A stretch of 64,000 bases of DNA from NCBI GenBank assembly GCA_964016885.1, contig OZ024741.1:267158001-267222000 (forward strand). The letters run 5' to 3'. This document shows positions 1-44,400 of this stretch, one piece after another (the stretch's first letter is position 1; each line of letters begins with the position of its first letter). The translations under genes and the position numbers were made by a program. Below the pieces are notes generated by a model. That model was not told where the DNA came from and made no database searches. It saw only the letters and a program-made list of their open reading frames with translations. This DNA is from Eledone cirrhosa. Its lineage: Eukaryota.

Positions 1-260
1 CTAGGTGAATTTTATTATGGCACCAGCTCAATCAATTTACAGAGTGTACTAGGTGTATTTTATCGTGGCATCAACACCACTAGTTTACAGAGTGTATTGG
101 GTACATTTTATCATGACACTGGCATTACCACTTTACAGAGTGTACTGGGTGCATTTTACCATGTCACCAGTACTATTGCTTTACAGAGTGTACTGGGTGC
201 CTTTCATTGTGTCACCAACACTACCTCATTACAGCATGTACTGAGTGCATTTTATCATGT
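1..260. repeat. About 42-bp tandem repeat (ccactttacagagtgtactgggtgcattttatcatggca...), also at about 6590-6880
   Basis: About 6 degenerate copies; the unit is the reverse complement of the internal repeat in the retroposon 3' module. Confidence 0.75.
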
Positions 261-392
261 CATACTAGACTAATGAATCCTCTGAAATTCTATATTGTAT
301 TTGTATGATTGTCCACCATTTTATTAACAACATATAGCACAGCTTATTTTACATACTTATTAACACCCTTACCCATAACATTTATTCTTCAG

Positions 393-31453
<31,061 letters not shown>

Positions 31454-32009
31454 CACGTGCATGCCCCCTCTCTGGTGCCAACTGGGGAGGGGGCGAGGGC
31501 TGCAGTGCTGCCGTCCGAACATGAAAACTAAAGCAGCAAGTGGTCTCTGTAATATCACTGAAAATGGAAAAAACTAGAGCAGAAAGAAGGAAGGAATAGG
31601 TGAAGAATAGGGAATGCTTTGTTGAGATAGAAACAAAAGAATTGAAATGAAGATGCAACAACAACAATAGGTAACAGTTGGCTGCAGTCTAATAACTGAA
31701 ACCAGTGAAAGTGTAAAATTATTTGTTGTTGTTGTTTAGCCCCAAGTCAGCTAAGCTTGAGCATATTTCTGTGATTAATGGTATCCCAACCATGACCAAC
31801 CTGGCTTATTGTTTTCAGACATAGTGTAACTAAGACTACAACAACAACAACAACAAATGTTTAAATGTCATATTCCTCAGCTAAAGCAGGGGTTAGCCTT
31901 GCAAGGTGGGCTCCATTGCAAGTTTCATACCCACAATGGTGTCCTTTTGGGGTCAGTGTTTTACAGCTGAATGCCCATCTTGATGCTGGCCCTTTTAGTC
32001 ACTTCAAAT

Positions 32010-32700
32010 GATACGCAGGGATACAGTGTGCTTATTGTAAACCAAATACAAACAAGGATACAGTGTACCTATTGTCAACCAAATACTCACAAGGAAACAT
32101 TGTACCAATTATCAACCAAACACACTGAGATTGTACCAATTATCAACCATACACACTGAGATACAATGTACCTATTCTAAAAGATACATACAGGTATATA
32201 GTGTACCTATTGTCAACCAAATACACACAAGGAAACAGTGTACCTATTGTAAACCAGATACTCACAGGGATACAGTGTACCTATTGTAAACCTGATACAC
32301 ACAGGGATACAGTGTACCTATTGTAAACCTGATACACACAGGGATACAGTGTACCTATTGTAAACCAAATACAAACAAGGATACAATGTACCTATTGTAA
32401 ACCAAATACTCACAAGGATACAATGTACCTATTGTAAACCAAATACACACAGGGATACAATGTACCTATTCTAAAAGATACATATAGGTATATAGTGTAC
32501 CTATTGTAAACCAAATACAAACAAGGATATGGTGTACCTATCCTAAACTGGATACATACAAGGATATGGTGTACCTATTGTAAACTAGATACATACAGGG
32601 ACATGGTGTACCCATCGTAAACTGGATACATACAAGGACACAGTGTACCTATTGTAAACTGGTTATGTACAGGGACACAGTACCTATTGTAAACTGGATA
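32010..32700. repeat. 37-bp minisatellite downstream of the KCTD9 stop (ggatacagtgtacctattgtaaaccaaatacacacag)
   Basis: About 18 copies; period counted 32268 to 32305. Confidence 0.9.
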
Positions 32701-33111
32701 ATCACAGAATTGAAACCAAAGACTTTAAATTACTTTAACATTAAGATGAACTGAAGAAGCTTGCATATCAATCAGAACAAATGGTAAAACATTCCCCTTT
32801 TAACTGCTATGTCTTTGATGGCCCAAGGAGGTACCCAACAAAGCAAGTAGTACCATTCTTTATATCATTGGTCAACAATTTACTATTTTTTTTATGGACA
32901 CCGGTCTTGGCAATGTCCATTAGGCCCCCACTCCTCCGCTGTGTCCTCATGAGTGAGTAACTACCCCTATGATTCCATGTATTGATGAATATTGCTATAG
33001 CAATGCTATATATGGCAATGTAATTAAATAATAGATATTTATGCTAGAACACAGCATATATTTGAAGATTTTTTAAGGTCAACTTAAGGCAGATATAACC
33101 ACTGATTTTGA

Positions 33112-33446
33112 ATTAGAAGCTTTTCACTGTGGAAAGAATGAAGTATGGAGTGTAAACACTTTTAACTATTCCTCCATATACTGATTATTCTTATGTATTT
33201 CAATAGTTGTTCTCTGTTGAGGATACAGTAATGTCTGAAATACAGGCATAAGAATTATCTTTTATATTTTCCTGTGTGCACTTGGACAGGGGATAGGTTC
33301 CACCAGGTTTTAAAATGCCCAAGAAATGATGCTGTATGTCAATAAGGTGTGTCTACGGCTCCATACATACATACATACATTTCCTGTACAGAGAGCAACA
33401 GTTAAAAGTGTTTACACTTCATACTTTTCACAGTGGAGGCTTCTTA
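33112..33446. repeat. Imperfect inverted repeat / MITE-like foldback
   Basis: agtatggagtgtaaacacttttaact ... agttaaaagtgtttacacttcatact arms. Confidence 0.6.
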
Positions 33447-34199
33447 TTAATAAAAAAAAGAAAGGAGCAGATACTTAGATTGGACCAAGGAAAAAATGTC
33501 TTCATTGGTCTTTCCATTGCTGGTTGCATGAAAAGCAATGTGAAAATATAGTATTCTGCTGCAAAACAGGATGCACAAACTGGTCTAGGAATTGAAACCA
33601 AGAACTTCTGATCTGGAATCCAACTCCCTAATCATTAGACCATGTGATGGTGGTTATATCTACCTTAAGGTTACCTTACACTCTTTATATATAATATATA
33701 TATACACACACATACATACAAGTGAGAGATAAATGCCGCAGTAAATATGAACAGTATGGGAATGTGCCTCCCTTGAATGGATTGCAATGTCTGGTATTTC
33801 TTCTCTCTTCGATGCCATACATTATTGGCATTAATCCTTTCATTACCATATTTCTAATGAAAGGTTAAGTGAAAGTTTGGGAAATGAAAATAAATTATGT
33901 GAATATTTACAAAATCATTCAGAAGACTCGACTTGTTCTTATTTAATCCTTTTGTTACTAACATGGCCAAAACTGGCTCTGATTCTATAAAATAAAATAC
34001 CCTATTTTAACCCTTTAGCTGGTCCTCACATTCAACTGTTTTTCTTTCTCGGGTGAGTTTTACCAACAGGTAACCAGTGTGGCTCCAATTACGCCAACCT
34101 ATTCGTTGGCAAAGTTGAGGCCCAAATCTTTGTTCAATACACTGGTCTCATTCCTGAGCTATAAGACTGTTATATCAACGATTGTATCAGCACCACTTG

Positions 34200-34800
34200 T
34201 AAGCATACTCTGTATGAAATCTCTATCACTGTGAAATATGTGGGAAATCTTTCTATGTAATTTCACAACTTGTAGTCAACAGATGCACATTGGAGAGACT
34301 CCTTATTGCTGTGGAAGCTTTACTTGAAAATCATGATTTAAAACATCACAAGCAAATACACAGCAGAGAAAAAAATTTTCCCTGTGAAATATGTTCAGTA
34401 GAAATCCTTCATTTATAATCACATGGGGGGAATGTCTTATCTCTGAGATGAGTGGCAAATCATTCCTTTGGAATTCTGATTTCATAAACCACAAACATAG
34501 GAGGTATGCTGGAGAAAAACAATGCCCCTGTGAAATATGTGGGAAATCTTTTATTAATAATAGTGATTTAAACAAATGCAACTGGTGAAAAAAATGTATC
34601 ACTATGGAATAATTGGAGAATCTTATACCACATGCAGTCTCTTAAAAAGACATGAATGACAACACACTAGGTGGAATGGAAGAAATTTTTCTATTACAAA
34701 TCTAAGCCCATCAAAAAGTACAGATTTGAAAAAATTTATCATGGTGAAATACGTTAGAAATCATCCTCTTTGAATTCTCATCTAGTCAACAAATGAGGTG
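34200..34800 (+). pseudogene. Decayed tandem C2H2 zinc-finger array (further traces at about 35280-35400)
   Basis: YHCEICGKSF (about 34224), GEKQCPCEICGKSFINNSDL (about 34510), repeated tgtgaaatatgt motifs, many stops and frameshifts. Confidence 0.7.
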
Positions 34801-35569
34801 GTGAATCAGCAGTCTTTAAACAATCATAAAAATACCTTGTGGTATTTCTTCCTGGTTTCTGAGTTCAAATCCTGCTGAAGTCAACATTTCCTTTCTTCCT
34901 TCCAGGATTGATAAAGTACCAACCAGTCCAGTACTAGGAATGATTCTTCTTTCTCAGAATCAGCTATGTATGTATGAATTATAAACTTGCAGATGACAAG
35001 TGAATAGATACTGGACATATTTCATATTTATATTATGAATTGTTAAGGTGCGTGGCTTAGTGGTTAGGGAATTGGATTTGCAATCGTGAGGTTGCAAGTT
35101 CAATTCCTGGACTGGGCAATGTGATATGTCCTTGAGCAAGAACACTTTATTTTACGTTGCTTTTTCAGCCAGGAGTTGTGACTAGTAGATAGTATAAACA
35201 ATGGAAAAACCAATTTGTTTCTTTAGTCTGATTTGATGAGTTCCACTCCATTCGGTAAGTGAATGAGGTTTGAGATCTTGTCAGTCGTTATATGAAGAAT
35301 CATTCAGTGTGAAATAATTCTACACTAGTTAGAAACAAGTATAAACAAACTAGAGAAAACAATTATCAGTGTGAAATATGTTCTCTCAGCATTTTCAATG
35401 AATGAAGCAGCTCTCTGGAGACAACTCACTTGAAAGAGAAACACTGTAAAGTATTGTGTCCTATGCTCTAATGATTTTGTCAATGGGAAATCCAATTATA
35501 TCGATCCAGTACAAAACTGGTACTTTATTTTATCAACCTTAAAAGGATGAAAGGCATAGTTGGGCTTCT

Positions 35570-35850
35570 AAAGTCTGCCTCGAGCCCAGAGACTAATCAG
35601 GCCGATGCTTATCCCGGTTTCCATAGCATTAAGTGATTGAGAGTACAATACTCCCCCCACCCCCTGGACAGGACGACAGTCCATTGCAGGGTTAAATCTA
35701 CACCTACTGCTGGTACTTATTTTCAGCTGAGTATACTGGAGCAATGCAAAATGAAGTGTTTTGCTAAAAAACACAACCCAGTACAGGATTCAAACCCACA
35801 ACATTATGATCGCAAATCCAACATCCTTTCCACTACGCCACATGTCACCA
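35570..35850 (-). mobile_element. tRNA-derived SINE with CORE plus V/Meta-type conserved domain; second copy at about 48830-49090
   Basis: Reverse complement reads ...aaccctgcaatggactgtcgtcctgtccaggggg...gctatggaaaccgggataagc; domain naming from memory. Confidence 0.6.
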
Positions 35851-36882
35851 CAAATGTAAGGGAACTGATAAAAGTAACTTGAAGGAAATAATAATAATTT
35901 CAGAATAACAATTACAGTTTTTGGTAAAAAAAGGAAAAGAAAAGAACATTTTGGTATATTTAAGGAAATTTTCTGTTTATTTTTATTTTTTTAAATCCTT
36001 TTTAACATGGATGATATTTTGATTTAATTGATTGGTTGAGTTGCTTCAATATTCTTTTCCACAGCTGGATGATTGCTAACAAGCCAACTGTGAAATAGGA
36101 TCAGAGCCTGGTTTGTCAGCCAGGCCAACTGTGGCAAACAGAATTATGCCCCCTTAGAGAGAGAGAGGTTGGAGTGAAAGAGAGATAAAGGCTGCAAAGG
36201 ATATAGTGGTAAGGTTTGAACTTGTCAAGAACGTAACTGGATAGCACTGGACTGTAGGGTCACACATGCATAGAGCTGAAAACTGTCTTGTGTATTGGCT
36301 GTGAGGTTAATAAGTGAGCTTTTGAAAGAAAAGGCATGAGAGAGAAAGAGAGATAGAGCAAAAAAGAGGTTAAGAGTAGCATAAGTCATCATAAAAAGAG
36401 GCTTTTAACACTTGTGTTGTCAGAAATATATTGCATCATCACCACCACCACCATCACCACTATCATCATCATCATCATCATCACCATCACTACCATCATC
36501 ACCATCACTACCATCACCACCATAATGTGTGTGTGTGTTAGGTAACTTGAAAGAGTATGTTTGCCCAACAGAAAGCCTTTCTGAGCTATTTGCTCTAACT
36601 TCCTGCAATCTGAGTTCAAATCTTGTTGAGGTCAACTTTGTCTCTCATCCTTTTGTGATTGATAAATAAATATATCACCTGGCAGGTATTTTTTTTTTTT
36701 GGGGGGGGGGGGGAGGTTAATTGTCAGATTGAACAAGTATTTCATGAGAAAATGTTAGAGGAAGAGGAGGAGGTGGTGGTAGTGTTGATAGTGTTGGAGA
36801 CAGCAGTGATGGTAGCAGATGTTATCACAGTAAGGCAGAAAGGCAATATTGTTGTTGTTGTGGTCGTTGTATATGGCAGCAA

Positions 36883-36978
36883 TCAGTTATTGTACCAGTC
36901 CAAAAAGAGCAGTGCAAACGTACAAACCACAAGGAAGAACAATACCCATACCCGGAAGCCAGCGTTATTTTTCATTGC
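36883..36978 (-). CDS. STX18: STX18 exon 11 ([33 protein letters not shown] anchor)
   Basis: ttatag| acceptor, TGA at 36885-36883. Confidence 0.95.
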   Translation of the reverse strand, partial: AMKNNAGFRVWVLFFLVVCTFALLFLDWYNN

Positions 36979-39900
36979 CTATAAAAAAACAAAACAGTTT
37001 GAAGACATAAGTTTGATGGTGATGATGGGGATGGTTGTGGTGATGGTGATAATAAAGGTAGTGATGGTGAGGAGGATGATGATGATAATGATGGTGGCAG
37101 TAGGTTGTTAAATACCAAGGTGCACATTTTTTAGTTAGCCAACGGCACTAAATATAGGGTTAGCCAAAGTTGTTATATACCAAGGTGCACATTTTAGAGT
37201 TAGCCTAGGGGACTAAATACTGAGGTACACATTATAGGGCTAGCTAGAGTGGACCCAACACAATGATTGCAAAAGCAACATTCCATCTTAGAAGCCAGTG
37301 TGGTAAATTGTAGAGTAAATTTACTTCACAGCAACTACATCACACACAGACACACACAACATATAAAATACACATACCACAACACACAGACACAAGAACA
37401 CACACATAGATACAGGCACTCAAACACTCAAACATACTCAGACAAACAAGATGAAATCGATGCACATGGACACAGGACCATACACATACATACAGAGGCA
37501 CACACACAACATCGTTGAGGATCGTTGAAGTTGACAATGATGTTCTTCTTTATGGTAGCCAGTGATGGCCAAGGTAGAGGAGTGTAAAGTCCAATACTGG
37601 ATACAGAGACAGGTGTGTAAAGTCTGATAATAGACACACAGAGACTTGATCACAAATGTTACACATGTGGTGTGTATGTTGTGACAATCACTCACACAGC
37701 ACCAGCACACTACACCATACAACAAACCACATCATATCACTCACTACACTACAACATACACCAGACCACACAACCATACACTACACTACATACTACATAT
37801 AACACACAACTCCACATCCCAACCACCACCATACACCAAATCACATATTTCATGCAACTACATGCACCACATCACATACTATATAGATCACACTACCCCA
37901 CACCACATCACATACTACATACACCATGCACCACACCACACCACACCACATACTATATAGATCACACTACCCCACACCACATCACATACTACATACACCA
38001 TGCACCACACCACATCACATACTCCATGCACCACACCACACACTACATCACACACACACGAGACGTTGCTAGAAACGAGACAAATCTATTTACCTCTCTG
38101 ATCTGTTCATTACCAGATGTAACATTTTCTGTTGCACCACTGACAGTATTGTAGATTTGGTCAATCTTCTTCTCCTGCAACAAAGACAGTTATGGGAGTT
38201 ACGGAACCATACATACATAGATATTGATATGGCCAACAAAGAAGTGATGTTAATGGGGAAAATCTTCCATAAGGACTGTTATGTGTTGCTGCTGTTGTTT
38301 CCCGCTGTAACAATGCCATATTGATTCTACTTTACGAGATTATGTGTATTTATATCATCATCATCATCATCATCGTCCATCTTCCATGCTAACATGGGTT
38401 AGATGGTTTTGTTCCATTTGATGCGGGAACGATCGGGAGACTGTGTCTCGCTTGTACGGAAGTGTCTCTGGCAGGTTTTCTACAGATGGATGCTGTTCCT
38501 AACACCAACCACATTTACAGTGTGAACTGGGAGCCTTTTTACCGTGTCTACTACACGACTACCTTAGTGTGGACTGTTGTGTATATATATATATATATAT
38601 ACGTGAACGGCAAAGCATAAATGAACTAAGTGAAAAATTAGGAATAAGAGGGATCAGATGTTGTTTACTTGAGAGAAGACTAGTTTGGTATGGCCATGTG
38701 ATGCACATGAAAGACGACAGCTGTATAAAAAAATGCAGGGAGATCAAAATTGATGGTAGTTACGGAGTAGGTAGACCCAGAAAAACCTGATAAATTCCGA
38801 CCTTACACACTTGCACCTCTCTAAGACAATGTCACTGGACTGAGATCTTTGGCGCTACGCAATAATACAGAAGACCCGCTTTGCCTATGTGCAAAGCGAA
38901 ACCTACAGTCAGTAGGCACCTCAAATATACACCACAATCCACTACCTCCACCCTATCCTCCCACACCACCCTCTCTCTGTAAAGTTGGTACCACAACATC
39001 CAGTCCAAATAAATGAGATAATGAGATCGAGATCATGTAGGTGTCACAAGAAAAAAAAACACACAGTCCATGCTGTAACGTGGCCGTGTAGGTAACATGG
39101 TAAAAAGTTCCCAGTTCCACACTGTAAATGTGGTTGGTGTTAGGAAGGGCATCCAGCCGTAGAAAACCTGCCAGATAGTCCTATATGAGCGAGACACGGT
39201 CACCCGACCAACCTTGCCTCAAGTGGGACAACTCCCGTCTAACCCATGCTAGCGTGGAAAATGGACGTTAAACGAAGATGATGATGATGATATATATATA
39301 TATAGGTATTAGAGGTGCAAATGAATTGCATCTGCAGGCAGTATGCCAAGATGAACACTCAATGCTTGTGGGGAGCAGAGTATCAATAATAATATTAAAA
39401 GGGAACAAAGAATCAGTATTGCATCATTTAATTACATATTACATGATGCAATACTGATTCTTTATTGTCTTTTGATATTATATACATATATATATATAGT
39501 AATAATTATTTCTACTTTAGGCACAAGGCCAGCAATTACCCAATGCATTACTGGTACTTTATTTTATCAACCCCGTAAGGATGAAAGGCAAAGTCAACCT
39601 CGGCGGGATTTGAACTCAGATCGTAAGGGGACATAACTATGTTGGAAAGCATGGTATCCGACCCTCTACCGATACTGCTAATGCACCGCCATCAGCAAAG
39701 TTACGTCCCTTTACGATCTGAGTTCAATTCCCGCCGAGGTTAACTTTGCCTTTCATCCTTACGGGGTTGGTAAAATAAAGTACCAGTGATGTACTGGATA
39801 ATTGCTGGCCTTGTGCCAAAAAGTAGAAACAATTATATATATAGTAATAATAATAATAGATGTGAAGACTAAAATCCGAAGAGGGCTTGATAAGAATTAT

Positions 39901-41412
39901 ATATATATATATATATAAAAGTTCAGAGAGCTTATACCACTATTAGCCGCTAAAGGGTTCTCCCTAAAAATGAATGGCAGGCTGTATGATGCCTGCATAC
40001 GAACAGCAATGTTGCATGGCAGTGAGACCTGGGCATTGTGTGCAGAGGATATACGCAGACTAGAGAGGAACGAAGCTTGCATGATCCGCTGGATGTGTAA
40101 TAGTAATATACGTGAACGGCAAAGCATAAACGAACTAAGGGAAAAATTAGAAATAAGAGGGATCAGATGTTGTTTACTCGAGAGAAGGCTACGTTGGTAT
40201 GGTCACGTGATGCGCATGGAAGACGACAGCTGTATAAAAAAGTGCAGGGCAATAAAGATAGACGGTAGCCACGGAGTAGGCAGACCCAGAAATACCTGGG
40301 ACGACCTGATAAATTCCGACCTCACACACTTACACCTCTCCAAGACAATGTCACTGGACCGAGATCTTTGGCGGTACTCAGTAATAGAGAAGACCCGCCT
40401 TACCTGAATACAAAGTAAAACCTACTACAGTCAGTAGGCATCTCTAACAAAATACACCCCCGGGCATTTGGTTTTTAAACTTAGCAGCTCCCATTCCCTC
40501 CCCAGTTCTGAATACAGCTGATTTCTGAGAGAGAGAGAAAAGAGGGATATATATAAAGAGAGAGAGAGGAATAAACAGCCTCTTGTATGTATAAGGCAAC
40601 AAAGTGACTGAGTAATTACACCATCAGATAGAAGGCTTTGCAGTATTTGTTCTGGAGATTTTGTGATCTGAGTTCAAATCCTGCTGAAGTCAACTTTGCT
40701 ATTCATTCTTACAGGCTCAATAAATAATTCACTTTCTCTCGTAGAAATAAGTTGTTTTCAGACCTGGCAGGGAATGAGCTGCACTAGATTTCAATGTGTA
40801 TATCATAACGGCGCCCCTCAATCACGAGTTAAGGGTCCATGACATAATATGCATGTACTTACTGAGGACACATAATGTATGTGTGTGTAAGAGAGAGAGA
40901 GAGAGAGAGAGATAGTTTACCTGGTCCCAGACATTCTCTGCAAATATTTCTTGCAGTTGAGACACTTCCAGAACTTTCCCTTCAATTTGTCTGTAAAAGA
41001 AGAGAGATATATGAAACCAAGAATCAATACAAACAGTACAGGTTTTAACTGAAGCCTCAAGAAATGTGTATGTAAACATACACATTTATATATATTTAAA
41101 TATGTAAGCAAGATGGTTGGATAACATCCATGAGCTTGGCTGGTCTCACTTGGGGATCCAGCCAGATCAATTGGAGATGGTTGCTTCTGACAGGACCCAC
41201 TGGAAGGAGTGATTGTGAAGACTCTGCTCCGATGACCCTCTCAGAAATATGTGGGCAAAGAAGAAGAATAAAAAGAGAAGAACATCTTAATACATATTTC
41301 TCTGTAGATTAAAAAAGATGTACAGCTTCACTTGAGTTTCAACTTTTATTTAGGTCATCATCAGAAATACATCCTGCACAATCTACACAGAAATATGTGA
41401 ACAAGACATACT

Positions 41413-41474
<62 letters not shown>

Positions 41475-44400
41475 TATATAAGGTGGAACAGCACGGTAGA
41501 TAGGGCCATTAGAGACAAAAGACTAGCATGGAATGCTTGGAAAAATGGTGGGAGTAGAGAATGATATACAGCCGCTAAGAGAGAAGGAGGTTTGCCAATG
41601 TTCTGCGATGGGAAGATCAGAGACGTGCAGTGTTCCAAATTGCAAGGTAGTGTGTCAATGCAAATCAGGATGTTGTTGGAGATAAATGTGTCTGGAATGA
41701 TGCCGGTGTACTTAGTGTCACGAATGATCAGAAAAAGGAGGCCTGGAAATGTCATTATGAGGGACTGATGAATGTGGAGAACGAATGGGAGAGAGAGAAA
41801 TTACCCTCAGTAGATCCGACAGAGGGACCAGCTATTGAGATTGATGAATATAGGGTCCAAGAGACGATTAAGGAAATGAAAAATGGTAAGGCCGCTGGAC
41901 CATCAGGGATAGTTGCTGAGATGCTGAAGGCATCAGGGGACATAAGCACTAAACTGGTTGCACGCTTCATCAATCAGGATATATATGGCAGTGTCATACC
42001 CAAAGACTGGTGCAGCAGTATTCTCATAAATTGCTACAAAGGTAAAGGGATGCTCTGGAGAGGAGTAATTATAGGGGCACAAAACTGATGGATCAGGTTA
42101 TGAAAGTGGCAGAAAGAATATTAGCGCAACTAATTAGAGAAAAGGTCAAACTAGAAGAGATGTACTTTGGTTTTGTGCCTGGGAAAAGTACAACAGATGC
42201 CCTCTTCTTAGTGAGACAGTTACAAGAGAGGTTCTTAGAGAAGAATAAGCCACTATATTTAGTTTTTGTTGACCTAGAGAAGGCCTTTGATAGGGTACCC
42301 CGATCTGTCATCTGGTGGTCCCTAAGGAAACTAGGTGTTGAAGAATGGCTTGTGAGGACAGTGCAAACTTTGTACAGATGCTGTCAGTAAAGTGAAGGTA
42401 GGAATGGAGTTTAGTGAGGAGTTCCAGATACAAGTAGGAGTACATCAGGGTTTGGTCCTCAGCTCGCTCTTGTTCATTATAGTCCTCCAAGCCATAACAG
42501 AGGAGTTTAAGACTGGCTGTCCATGGGAACTTCTCTATGCTGACGATCTGGTTCTTATAGCAGAATCAGTAGAGGAGCTAGAGAATAAATTCTGTCTATG
42601 GAAAGATCAGTTGGAATTAAGAGGACTGAGAGTAAACCTAGCTAAGACAAAAGTGTTGATGAGTAGAAAAGAGGACAAAACTGATTCCGTCAGGGAAATG
42701 GCCATGTTCGATATGCAGAAAAGGAACTGGCATAAATTCTATAAAATGTACACAATGCAGATCTTGGGTACACAAGAGATGTAGTGGAAGAGCAGGCAAA
42801 CTAACAGGTAGGGAAAACTACGTATGCAGTAGATGTACAGGAAAATTTGACAGTAGAAGGCGCATTGATAGACGTTTTTTTCAAATGCAGGTCGGTTCTA
42901 TAGAAGTGGTTGATAGCTTCCGGTACCTAGGTGATCAGATTAGCGTGGGAGGGGGGGGGGGGGTTCCGAGGCCATAATATCTAGAATAAGGACGGGTTGG
43001 AAGAAGTTTAGGGAGCTGCTTCCTCTACTGACGAAGAAGGGTTTCTCACTGCGTACGAAAGGCTGGTTATATGATGCCTGTGTGAGGAGCGTGATGCTGC
43101 ATGGTAGTGAGACATGGGCAGAAACTGCAGAGGATATGCGACGGCTGGAGAGAAATGAGGCAAGCATGCTCCGTTGGATGTGCAATGTCAATGTGTGTGA
43201 ATGACCCAGCATGGTTGTGTTGAGAGAGAAACTGTGTCTGAGAGGGATAAATTGTAGTGTACGGGAGAGGAGACTGAGATGGTATGGACATGTGATGCAC
43301 ATGGAGGATGACCGATGGGTGAAGAAGTGCCAAGAAATCCTAGTAGAAGGAAGACGTAGTAGAGGAAGACCACGAAAAACATGGGCGGAGTTGGTGAGAG
43401 CAGACCTCAGATCACTGAAGCTCACGGTGGAGATGACGAAGGACCGTGATAAGTGGAGAGATGCTGTGCTGAATAGGACCCGTCCCACCCTTGAAAGCAG
43501 GGAAAAGCGGATGTAAAATGATGATGATGAAGGTGTGTCTTTAAAAACACATTTCTCAGAGATTTGCTTAAAACATATAGTGTTTATGTACAGATATGAA
43601 TTTATCTATAGTACACTTCTGCTGTTTAGTGCACAATTTAATATATTAAGTACTAGCAGTGGTACCCGGCGTTGCACGGGATAAGGTATTTTGGAACGCA
43701 GGCCGCCAACAGACCTAATCGTGGAAAGACTGCATGCCTGGACAATATGTAAAGAAAATAAACCGAATACTCTGATGGCTGGATAATCTTTAAGATTTTC
43801 TTCGATGAAGCAGGAAAAATGCAGGTTTTCACCTAATGCGGGCCTTAGGGATCAAGAAAATGAATTTTTTTTATGTGCATAATATGCCTTGAAATTTCGG
43901 GAAAATCGGCTAGACGTAACGCTTCCAAAAAGCCCTAAGAAGCTGAAAAAAATGAAGTTTTTCACCTAATGCGGGCCCTAGGCCATAAGAAAGTTGGATT
44001 TTCTTTGCTTACGGTATGAAGAAGAGACTGACTAATACATAGTTACAATTTCAAGGAAATCGGTCTGACGTAACGCCTAAAAAAAAACCTAAAAAGCTGA
44101 AAAAAATGCAGTTTTTCACCTAATGCGGGCCCTAGGAGATAAAAAAAAGTTGAATTTCTTTATGTGCATAAAACTCCCTGAAACATAAGTAATACACACG
44201 TAAAGTTTGAAAAAAATTGTTTGGGTACTTCTCGAGTTTTAGGGATTCAAACTCACAGACACACACACACACAGACAGACATCCTCAGGGAAGTGACGTA
44301 ATGCAGACAGCCAGACATACAGACAGATATTAGAATGGCGCGACGTTATATGAATGTATCTATCTAAAAAGAGAAAGACTAAGAATTATAGAGAGAGATC

